DNA of 64,000 nt, taken from Macrostomum lignano. Taxonomy: Eukaryota. The DNA lies in contig NIVC01000930.1 in NCBI GenBank assembly GCA_002269645.1, positions 62,001 to 126,000 on the forward strand. The letters run 5' to 3'. The notes below the pieces were generated by a model, which was not told where the DNA came from, made no database searches, and saw only the letters and a list, made by a program, of their open reading frames with translations. This document shows, in pieces, positions 11,730-23,700 of the stretch. The stretch's first letter is position 1. The number at the start of each line of letters is the position of its first letter. The position numbers and the translations under genes were made by a program.

Positions 11730-14700
11730 ATGTTCTCAACACTGGCCGGAGGTCGCAGGTATCCGGGATCAATCGCGCACAGGCACAAGAATGTCACATT
11801 TGGCAAAGTTGCCGTCGGAGTGGCCAAGGGAACCGCGATGATTGGTGAGTTGCGGTTGTGGGGAGCAATGGCTCATGGGATGCAGGGTGTGAGAGTGGAG
11901 GGAGGGATGCAGGGTGTGAGAGTGCAGGAAGAGTACAGGGTGTGAGAATGAAGGGAGTTAGATGCAGGGCGTGAGAGTGAAGGGAGCTAAATGCAGGGTG
12001 TGAGAGTGCAGGGAGCTAAATGCAGGGTGTGAGAGTGCAGGGAGCTAAATGCAGGGTGTGAGAGTGCAGGAAGCTATATGCAGGATGTGAGTGTGCAGGG
12101 AGTTAGATGCAGGGTGTGAGAGTGCAGGGAGCTAAATGCAGGGTGTGAGAGTGCAGGGAGCTAAATGCAGGGTGTGAGAGTGCAGGGAGCTAAATGCAGG
12201 GTGTGAGAGTGCAGGGAGCTAAATGCAGGGTGTGAGAGTGCAGGGAGCTAAATGCAGGGTGTGAGAGTGAAGGGAGCTAAATGCAGGGTGTGAGAGTGAA
12301 GGGAGCTAAATGCAGGGTGTGAGAGTGAAGGGAGCTAAATGCAGGGTGTGAGAGTGAAGGGAGCTAAATGCAGGGTGTGAGAGTGAAGGGAGCTAAATGC
12401 AGGGTGTGAGAGTGAAGGGAGCTAAATGCAGGGTGTGAGAGTGCAGGGAGCTAAATGCAGGGTGTGAGAGTGCAGGGAGCTAAATGCAGGGTGTGAGAGT
12501 GCAGGGAGCTAAATGCAGGGTGTGAGAGTGAAGGGAGCTAAATGCAGGGTGTGAGAGTGCAGGGAGCTAAATGCAGGGTGTGAGAGTGCAGGGAGCGAAA
12601 TGCAGGGTGTGAGAGTGCAGGGAGCTAAATGCAGGGTGTGAGAGTGCAGGAAGAAATCAAATTTGCTGGTGAATAGGCAGGACAAAAACCGAAAGCCAGT
12701 CACCGCTTAGGTACTGGTGGGATTAACTAATCTATGAAAAAGCTTTCCTAAATTTTTATCTAACCTTTTTGCTGCCCCCGCAAGCAGGAGGCGCCTTGCA
12801 ATATCGAAAATCAATCAATCCCCAGTAATTGCGGAGCAAATTTGATCCCACAACATTTTTGTAGAGTACCTATCTTGGGAATAAGATGCATGAGCATTAT
12901 TGCTTTGACGTTATTTGAAAGTTTTTTTGAGAAAACAGAAATTAATTTATTTGAAAAATTATTATTGACTTAATAATCCATTCTTTAAAAAATTCATAAT
13001 GGACATTGAAGATTTAAAGAAACATTTCTTTGAAAAATATTTTTGCATAGTTTATGAAAATTTCTCCTCCAAACAGACGCCTCTTTCAGCCACTTTTTCT
13101 CCCTCTCTTTGCCCTCCTTTCTCCCTCTCCTTCCCCTCCTTTCTCCCTCTCTTTGCCCTCCTTTCTCCCTCTCTTTGCCCTCCTTTCTCCCTCTATTTGC
13201 CCTCCTTTCTCCCTCTCTTTGCCCTCCTTTCTCCCTCTCCTTCCACTCCTTTCTCCCTTTCTTTGCCCTCCTTTCTCCCTCTCTTTGCCCTCCGTTTTCT
13301 CTCTCTTATTTTTCTTATTTATTATTACGGACAGTAAAGTGCTCTCTGAACCCTACCCATCCCTACCCAACCCTATTCTAACCCTTCCTAATCCTACCCT
13401 AAGCTTACCCCAACTCTACCCCAACTCTACCCCAATTCTACCCCAACCCTACCCCAACCCTACCCCAACTCTACCCCAACCCTACCCCAACTCTACCCCA
13501 ACTCTACCCCAACCCTACCTCAACCCTACCCCAACTCTACCCCAACCTTACCCCAACCCTACCCCAACCCTACCCCAACTCTACCCCAACTCTACCCCAA
13601 CTCTACCCCAACTCTACCCCAACTCTACCCCAACCCTACCCCAACCCTACCACAACCCTACTCCAACCCTACCCAACTCTACCCCAACTCTACCGCAACT
13701 CTACCCCAACTCTACCGCAACCCGCAGTGATCGGGTGCCAGTCTGCACGATCGCTGCTGGCCTGGGCGCCACCGCTATTGTTGCCTACGGCCTCGCCAGC
13801 CCGTTCTATTATGGCGGCCGGAAACTGGTGCGGAAAATCCGCAGACATCGCCTACACCGCCGGGATGAGCTGCTGGGGGCCGCCGGGGACAACGCGGATG
13901 CCACAGCCGCCGCAGCTGCTGACCGACTCACCCGCGAGGACATTCTCATCTGGTTGGAGAACTGCGACGATGCCGAATTCTGTAGGTGTCGATGGCTCTA
14001 TTGTCTCAAATCCCACACTCTCAGATCCCACACTCTCAGATCCCACACTCTCAGATTCCACACTCTCAGATTCCACACTCTCAGATCCCACGCTCTCAGA
14101 TCCCACACTCTCAGATCCCACACTCTCAGATCCCACACTCTCAGATCCCACACTCTTAGATCCCACACTCTCAGATCCCACACTCTCAGATCCCACACTC
14201 TCAGATTCCACACTATCAGATCCCACACTCTTAGATCCCACACTCTCAGATTCCACACTATCAGATCCCACACTCTTAGATCCCACACTCTTAGATCCCA
14301 CACTCTCAGATCCCACACTCTTAGATCCCACACTATCAGATCCCACACTCTCAGATGCCACACTATCAGATCCCACACTATCAGATCCCACACTCTTAGA
14401 TCCCACACTCTCAGATCCCACACTCTCAGATCCCACACTATCAGATCCCACACTCTTAGATCCCACACTCTCAGATCCCACACTCTTAGATCCCACACTC
14501 TCAGATCCCACACTCTCAGATCCCACACTCTCAGATTCCACACTCTTAGATCCCACACTCTCAGATCCCACACTCTCAGATCCCACACTCTTAGATCCCA
14601 CACTCTTAGATCCCACACTCTCAGATCCCACACTCTCAGATCCCACACTATCAGATCCCACACTCTCAGATCCCACACTATCAGATCCCACACTCTCAGA

Positions 14701-17700
14701 TCCCACACTCTCAGATCCCACACTATCAGATCCCACACTCTTAGATCCCACACTCTCAGATCCCACACTCTTAGATCCCACACTCTCAGATCCCACACTC
14801 TCAGATCCCACACTCTTAGATCCCACACTCTTAGATCCCACACTCTCAGATTCCACACTATCAGATCCCACACTCTCAGATCCCACACTCTCAGATCCCA
14901 CACTCTCAGATTCCACACTATCAGATCCCACACTCTCAGATCCCACACTCTTAGATCCCACACTCTTAGATCCCACACTCTCAATCCCACACTCTCAGAT
15001 CCCACACTATCAGATCCCACACTCTTAGATCCCACACTCTCAGATCCCACACTATCAGATCCCACACTCTCAGATCCCACACTCTCAGATCCCACACTAT
15101 CAGATCCCACACTCTTAGATCCCACACTCTCAGATTCCACACTATCAGATCCCACACTCTCAGATCCCACACTCTTAGATCCCACACTCTCAGATTCCAC
15201 ACTATCAGATCCCACACTCTCAGATCCCACACTCTTAGATCCCACACTCTCAGATCCACCACCTCATATTTCTAGGTTAGAGTCTAAATATGGTCAGATC
15301 CCCTGTCTTCAAGTGTAATTACACACTGATATTGTACTCAAAGCAGCTCAGCAGTTGGAATTGCATGCTCAAGCACGACTGAATATTTGATGTGAAAATT
15401 TATTCTTTGATACTGCTATGTACCGCCAGCTTCACATCAAAGAAGCCGCGAGAATGAAACAATGTGTTGCTATGCGTCGGTTGGGTCAGAAGTAGGAAAT
15501 TCAGGGTTTAACTTCGGTCAGACCGTCCATATTTGGTGCCTCACTTCCATTGCAAAAACAAGATAGGATACAGTGCTATGAAATTCATTCTGCTTTTTCA
15601 AAATTTGAATTTTCAACGCCTATCCCAATTTCTAAATCCCAAATCCCCATTTCCCTATTCCGAATCCTCATTTCCACATTCCGAATCCCAATTTCCCCAT
15701 TCCAAATCCTCATTTCCCATCCCGAATCCCAATTTCACTATTCCGAATCCTCATTTCCCATTCCGAATCCCCATTTCCCCATCCCGAATCCCCATTTCCC
15801 TATTCCGAATCCCCATTTCCCTATTCCGAATCCCCATTTCCCTATTCCGAATCCCAATTTCCCCAGTCCGAATCATCATTTCCCATCCCGAATCCCAATT
15901 TCACTATTCCGAATCCTCATTTCCCATTCCGAATCCCCATTTCCCCATCCCGAATCCCCATTTCCCTATTCCGAATCCCCATTTCCCTATTCCGAATCCC
16001 CATTTCCCTATTCCGAATCCCAATTTCCCCAGTCCGAATCATCATTTCCCCATTCCGAATCCCCATTTCCCCATTCCGAATCCCCATTTCCCTATTCCGA
16101 ATCCCAATTTCCCCAGTCCGAATCATCATTTCCCCATTCCGAATCCCCATTTCCCCATTCCGAATCCTCATTTCCCCATTCCGAATCCCCATTCCCCATT
16201 CCGAATCCTCATTTCCCCATTCCGAATCCCAATTTCCCTATTCCGAATCCTCATTTCTCCATTCCGAATCCTCATTTCCCCATTCCGAATCCTCATTTCC
16301 CCATTCCGAATCCTCATTTCCCCATTCCGAATCCTCATTCCCCCATTTCGAATCCTCATTCCCCATTCCGAATCCTCATTTCCCCATTCCGAATCCTCAT
16401 TTCTCCATTCCGAATCCTCATTTCCCCATTCCGAATCCTCATTCCCCCATTCCGAATCCTTATTTCCCCATTCCGAATCCTCATTCCCCCATTCCGAATC
16501 CTCATTTCCCATTCCGAATCCCTATTTCTACACTTTGAACCCCAATTTTCAAGTTTCACTTCTGCATCCCAAATTTCATAAATGGTTCAGACTCGGCTCA
16601 GCAAGACGACATCCCGCTTACATGTACATCGCACGCCTCCGAGTCCACCTCCTCGTCATCTGAGGTGGCAGCAGCGGTGCGCAAGAAGCCAGCTCTGAGG
16701 CGGCTCTTCAGCCGAGAGAGTCGCAGTTTTGTGCTGCAGAAGGAGCAGCAATTGCAGCAGCAGCAGCAGCCGCAGCAACAGCAGTTGCAAAAGCATCGCA
16801 CCAAGCGACTGCAGTACAGTGAACTGGTTAGCGAGGAGGCCGAATCTGGGGACGAGTCAGGTGAGACAGACTGACTGTATGCTGTTTACTGTATGCTGTA
16901 TGCTGTTGGCTGTTTACTGTATGCTGTATGCTGTTTGCTGTTTACTGTATGCTGCATGCTGTTTGCTGTATGCTGTTTACTGTATTCTGTTTGCTGTATG
17001 CTGTATGCTGTATGCTGTTGACTGTATGCTGTTTACTGTATGCTGTATGCTGTTGGCTGTTTACTGTATGCTGTATGCTGTTTGCTGTTTACTGTATGCT
17101 GCATGCTGTTTGCTGTATGCTGTTTACTGTATGCTGTTTACTGTATGCTGTATGCTGTATGCTGTTTACTGTATGCTGTATGCTGTTTGCTGTTTACTGT
17201 ATGCTGTATGCTGTTGGCTGTTTACTGTATGCTGTATGCTGTTTACTGTATGCTGTATGCTGTTGACTGTATGCTGTTTACTGTATGCTGTTTGCTGTAT
17301 GCTGTATGCTGTTTGCTGTTTACCGTATGCTGCATGCTGTTTGCTGTATGCTATTTACTTTATGCTGTTTGCTGTATGCTGTATGCTGTATGCTGTTGAC
17401 TGTATGCTGTTTACTGTATGCTGTATGCTGTTTGCTGTTTGCTGTTTACTGTATGCTGCATGCTGTATGCTGTATGCTGTTGACTGTATGCTGTATGCTG
17501 TTGGCTGTATGCTGTTGACTGTATGCTGTATGCTGTTGGCTGTTTACTGTATGCTGTATGCTGTTTGCTGTTTACTGTATGCTGCATGCTGTATGCTGTA
17601 TGCTGTTGACTGTATGCTGTATGCTGTTGACTGTATGCTGTTGACTGTATGCTGTATGCTGTTGGCTGTTTACTGTATGCTGTATGCTGTTTGCTGTTTA

Positions 17701-20700
17701 CTGTATGCTGTATGCTGTTGGCTGTTTACTGTATGCTGTATGCTGTTGACTGTATGCTGTTGACTGTATGCTGTATGCTGTTGGCTGTTTACTGTATGCT
17801 GTATGCTGTTTGCTGTTGACTGTATGCTGTTTACTATATGCTGTATGCTGTTGACTGTATGCTGTTTACTGTATGCTGTTTGCTGTATGCTGTTTGCTGT
17901 ATGCTGTTTACTGTATGCTGTTTGCTGTATGCTGTATGCTGTTTGCTGTTTACTGTATGCTGCATGCTGTTTGCTGTATGCTGTATGCTGTATGCTGTTT
18001 GCTGTTTACTGTATGCTGTATGCTGTTGACTGTATGCTGTTTACTGTATGCTGTTTGCTGTATGCTGTTTACTGTATGCTGTTTACTGTATGCTGCATGC
18101 TGTTTGCTGTATGCTATTTACTTTATGCTGTTTGCTGTATGCTGTATGCTGTATGCTGTTGACTGTATGCTGTTTACTGTATGCTGTATGCTGTATGCTG
18201 TATGCTGTATGCTGTATGCTGTATGCTGTATGCTGTATGCTGTATGCTGTATGCTGTTTACTGTATGCTGTATGCTGTATGCTGTTTACTGAATGCTGTA
18301 TTCTGTATACTACTATACATCATAGTCACTTTGATGTATAGTACATAGTGTACTTTTTATTATATGAACTATAAGTTTTGGAATTCTGAACACTTTAATC
18401 CCAACAGAGCTACGACAGATCATACTACACCATTACTAGCCACACTAAATTGTAAAAGCAGCCAGGCAAACCACTCGCTTATAAACTTTTTTTACGATGT
18501 CGCCGTTGATCAATAATTTATTCACACGCAAGCCTACCCGATCTAAGTAACTCTGCAAGCTGAGGGTGGCTTTTTCCTAATAGAGATTTTCCTATAAATA
18601 CATGTATCACAATGGCGTGTAAGTCCCCGAGTCTATGCAATAATCCTCGCATATCAACACACATTTTTTTTATAATCTGAAAGCGCAGAAAAAAGGTTTT
18701 CGCGAAAAGGCTTCTAATCCTGATGGAACAGGGGCTTCTTGAAGCTTGCTTGGCTCTCTTTGGCATTGAATCGGAATTTTTAGAGAAGTTCTGCATGAGA
18801 GAAATATTTGAGTGGCTATTTTTGTAAGAGAATACAAGAGCTTATCATACAGTGAAATCCAACAACAGATCGATGCAGTGTAGGGACATTTATTGGAAAT
18901 AATTGAAGCCTAAGATTTCGCGGGGAGACGGGAAATGGAAACGTAGATGGGTTTAAAAATTATAGAGATTTCAAATCTGCAGGAGGATTAGGCGATGGGG
19001 CAGGGTAAAAAAGGAAAAGGAGAGGGGTAGGGTAAGCAGGGAGGGGTAGATAGAGAAGAGTAGATAGGGAAGAGTAGATAGGCAAGGGTAGATAGGCAAG
19101 GGTAGATACGGAAGGGTAGATACGGAGGGGAAGATAGGGAAGGGTAGATAGGGAAGGGTAGATACGGAAGGGTAGATAGGGAAGGGTAGATAGGCAAGGG
19201 TAGATACGGAAGGGTAGATACGGAAGGGAAGATAGGGAAGGGTAGATACGGAAGGGTAGATAGGCAAGGGTAGATAGGCAAGGGTAGATAGGGAAGGGTA
19301 GATAGGGAAGGGTAGATACGGAAGGGTAGATAGGGAAGGGCAGATAGGGAAGGGTAGATAGGGAAGGGTAGATAGGGAATGGTAGATAGGGAAGGGTAGA
19401 TGGGGAAGGGCAGATAGGGAAGAGTAGATAGGGAAGGGTAGATAGGGAAGGGTAGATAGGGAAGGGTAGATAGGGAAGGTTAGACAGGAACGGGTAGATA
19501 GGGAAGGGTAGATAGGGAAGGGTAGATAGGGAAGGGTAGATAGGGAAGGGTAGATAGGCAAGGGTAGATAGGCAAGGGTAGAAGGGAAGAGAAGGGAGGG
19601 AAGGGAGGGGGCACTGAAGGGAAGAGATTGAAAGGAAAGAGGCGAGGAAGGGAAGGAGCGAAGGGGAATATGGGAAAAGGCTTAGAGAGAAAAAAGATGG
19701 AGAGGAAGAGAGAGAGAGAAAGGTTAGGCATTGCCCGAGAAAGAGCCATCGCGGGTTCAAGCATGATGGCATTTGTTGGCATGAGTCCATCAAAAAGAAT
19801 TTTCTTGCTAGCCACAGACATGGACAGCGGCCGCAGCAGAATCAACATCAAATTCTCCCCAACTGGGAATTCGCAACCCGATGTCGCTTGGTGCGGAAAA
19901 ATAATTCTTTATTAGCCAGTATCGTCTCATAAATCAATATTTTGATGTGAATTATAAGATGCAGACGGACCGGACGATTCTGCAATGGGAAAAAATTCAC
20001 AAGCGCGAAAATTGAAAGGCTCTGTATAATGCAGGTTCGTTAAAGTAGCTAGAAATTTTGACTTGAGAAATAGAGATAGAGAAGGGGAGGGAGAGAGAAA
20101 GCAGAAAGGGGGAGAAAATGGCTGAGTGGGAGGGGTAGAGAGGGAGGGGGAGAGCAAGGGGAAGAAAGGAGATGAGAGAGAGGAGATGAGTAGAGAGGGA
20201 GGGGGAGAGAGGGAGAGGAAGAGAGGGAGGGGGAGAATAAAGATGGGAGAGAGGAGATGAGTAGAGAGGTAGAGAGAGAGAGAAGAGAGGTCACGGCGTG
20301 TTTAAAAAAATCAAAGACTTAATTAATTTAATATGGGCTACCGGTTTCGAGCCTCTGGGCTCTTCGTCAGGCCAAAAAATCTGTGTGTCATGCAATTCAA
20401 GTTGGTCTTTTAAGTATTATTTTTCTTAGTCTGATAGAATTGATGAGTAGTTGTACATATGAAGGATGTACATTTAAAACCCTGTTTTGCCTAGCTCTAA
20501 CTTGTCCCAGAGGCTTTCCACCATTCATTTTAAACGACAGTATATTTGTTATAAAAAATTGTTATTTCGAAGTACTATACGATATGCGATACTATACGAT
20601 TAGATGAAATGCCGGTATTGGGGGTAGGAGCATAAAAATCAATATTGAGCGTACAATTAAGCAGTTTGAATGAAATAAAATAAAATAAATGACACGTGAA

Positions 20701-23700
20701 TAAATATTGTACTTTAATAGGGTGAAAATAGCGCATTGGTTAAAATGATTAAATGTTTCCTGGCTGAGACTTGAACTTATTGGGAGCCAGGAGGCTCTGT
20801 AAGTTACGTTGCCGTGTAAAAGCGGGCAGTATGCGGGAGCCTGGTTTATTTTGTAGCTTATCAAAGTTTTTAGCAATCTCGTTGGCAAGCCAGACCGTAG
20901 ATGGGTGAAAAGGAAGGACCATTGGGATGGGTCGGAGAAGATGATTGTCGACCCTGATGTTCGTACCTGGCGGTTTGTCAGTCCCTAGTTTTTTAATCCA
21001 GATTTCTTCCCTTAGTTCGATTTTGTTGTTATTAAGAACTTGTTCGATAGCAATGGAGACAAAGTTTGCAATTGAGTGATTGGGGGTGAGAAAGTGCTCT
21101 GACCCCGAAGTTACGACTCTCCTGTTAATATTTGACCTGTGCTGGTTCATTCTATCTCTCATTGTTCTTCTAGTCATCCCTACATAGAAGATTTTCCCAG
21201 GGTGGCACTGGTTGCAGGAGATGCCATAGATGATGTTCTTGGAGCCACAGGACAGGCTCTGAGAGATTAAAAAACCAGAAGCCGGTTGCAGTCCCTGGGC
21301 GGAGAGAGCAGGCGGTGAGTGGGTGCAGCATTTGCAACGGGATGACCCACAGGGATGGAACCCTTTGGGAAGCAGACCCAGATTGGTCGTTGGTCCTGCA
21401 GTCCAGTTCATAAGTATGAGGACCTCCTTTTTGCAGTTTCTAAGAAAAATCTTCGAGTAGCCTAATTGCTTGAGTTCCGATTTTAAAGAATTGAAAGCAC
21501 GGTTGAAAGACTTGTAGTCATCACAGATTCGAGCGTACCGAAGGACTTGGGATTTTACTACCCCCTTGAAGGTGTGTGACGGATGGAAGGACTGTCGGTG
21601 CAACAATCTATGAGTGTCTGTTTCTTTTGAAAACAGTTGTGTTGTGAAGCGGTTTTCAGCTTTCCTGATGGTCATGTCAAGGAAACTGACCTCAGTTGAT
21701 GAGGAGCTGACGGTGAGTTTGATGTTGGGGTTGATTGAATTTAGGTGTACAACAAATTCTGTCAGAGTTTCAGCCGGGTGGTCCCAGTGAATGAAGATAT
21801 CATCTATGTACCTAAAATAGATGTTCGGCTTATAAAGAGCAGTTCTCAAGGCAGTTTCCTCCCAGAGGCTCATGAAGAGACAGGCATAGCTGGGCGCAAA
21901 TATGCGCCCCATGGCTGTGCCTCTAAGTTGTAGGAAAATCATTTTGTCAAATTCAAAGTCATTCCTGTACAAACACAATTCCAGTAGCTTTATTATTTCA
22001 GCATCCGGTCTAATGGGATCCGGGTATCGGTTAAAGAATTCCTGGATCGCTGCAATGCCCTGATCTATTGGGATCATGGAGTACAGACTCTGGACATCAC
22101 AGGTTGCCAGAGTCGAACCTTCCGTGCAGCTTTTATCCATAAGGTGTGCCTTGAAGTCATAGGAGTCCTTAATGAAAGTGGGTTGCGCTTGGGCAATCGG
22201 TTTAAGAAAGAAGTCTATGTACTTTTCTGCCCCAATTGCTTCAGAACTACATCCGCTCACAATAGGTCTGCCTGCTGGGACCCGAAAGGGGATCAGCCAG
22301 GTGGCCGGGTCCTTGTGAATTTTTGGGAGCAGGTAGAAATGCCGGGGACGGAAGTTCTCTCCGGGACAAAGAAATGCACACTGTTTCTTAGATATGAACT
22401 TTCTGTTACATAAATTGAGGAAGATCCCCCTAATAAGTTCCGCAGTCACGGGTTGCAATGGCTGGTCCAGCTGTTGATAGGCATCAGTGTCAAACAGTTG
22501 GTTGTAGGCTGCAAATTCGTAGTCCTTAGGGTGCATGATGACCACTGCGTTGCCTTTGTCCGCCTTTTTTATAAGGACGGAGCTGTTTCGCTTGAGCCTC
22601 TGAATCGCCCTGGTCTCTGGTGCCTCTAGGTTGCTTTTGATCTGTACCGTTGTCAAATTCTCTACCAGATTTTGGTTCTCAAGTACCAACAAGTTGCACT
22701 CATCCCTTCTAAGTCTGAGGGGAACCTCCTTCCCTGATTTCCCGGTGAAGGGGGGCGGGCTGGTATTAGCGAGACCCCTCTTTTTGAAAAAGTCTTTCCA
22801 GAAAAGTTTACGATGAAATTCCGTCATGCAGTTCCTCAACTCATCGAAATCAAGGGCTTGGGTTGGGATAAAATTGAGTCCCTTATCTAGCAGCCTCGTC
22901 TCAGACTCGGAGAGTTTGAAGGTAGGGTGTAGATTTAAAATGTTGCCTTCCAGTTTGGGAGGCCTACAGTAGTCAGCTAGTTTAAAGTTCTCAGCCAGGA
23001 AGCCAGCGCCAGTATAAAGTCCGGCGCTGAGAAGGATACAATTGGTTTAAGAGGAGGAGAAGCAATAAGAGTAACAGGTGAGAGTTTCTTACTCAGAGAT
23101 TGAGTCAATTCTTCACCGCTGGCAAAGGACGGAACCAGAAGGATCTTACGTGTCAGACTGTCCGCTCTGAGAAGATCGATAGCCTCAGAGAGCAACTCTC
23201 GCCAGTGGTCTGTGCTGAGCAGCTCGTCCGGCAGGACCAGCACCGTTGACTGAGCGCATTGCCGGTTCCGCAGGGCAGCCGACCTCAGTAGGGATGGTAA
23301 GGCTGACAGTGAGTACTCATGTACCTCTGTGATTGCCGGCAGTTTGAGGCCCTCGAAAGGCTTTGGGCAGAGTACCAGGTTCCGGCAGTCCCTGCTGATG
23401 ATGAGCGAAACAGGTTGCTCAAAGGTGCTGGGTGAGTCATTCAGATGCGGCCTGTGGCGTTCCGGACCACCAGGGGAGTCTTCAGAGTCCGGCGATGGTA
23501 AGCGGCGTTTGGCAGGTGAAGCAGGCAGTCCCACCCGTGGAAGAGGCGGGGTCACAAAGAGGTCGTCAGCTGCCGACGTACAGCCGTTCTCAGGTGAGGC
23601 GACTTCGGTGGTCCCGCTGTTTACTGTATGCTGTTTGCTGTATGCTGTTTACTGTATGCTGTTTACTGTATGCTGCATGCTGTTTGCTGTATGCTATTTA

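Larger units (their letters stand above)
20291..23615 (-). mobile_element. Penelope-like retroelement (EN+), 5'-truncated
   Basis: RT + GIY-YIG ORF, 3' hammerhead motif and an upstream ORF cut at the 23615/23616 junction. Confidence 0.95.

Noticed and set aside
13054-18341. Long ORFs such as (SHTLR)n, (DPTLS)n, (IPNPHFP)n, (CCMLYAV)n
   Set aside because: Translations of minisatellites open in several frames and strands; only embedded exons 13742-13981 and 16591-16860 are retained.
18518-18796. 92 aa ORF present twice (also 24105-24383)
   Set aside because: Identity follows from the duplication; no recognisable domain or splice partners.
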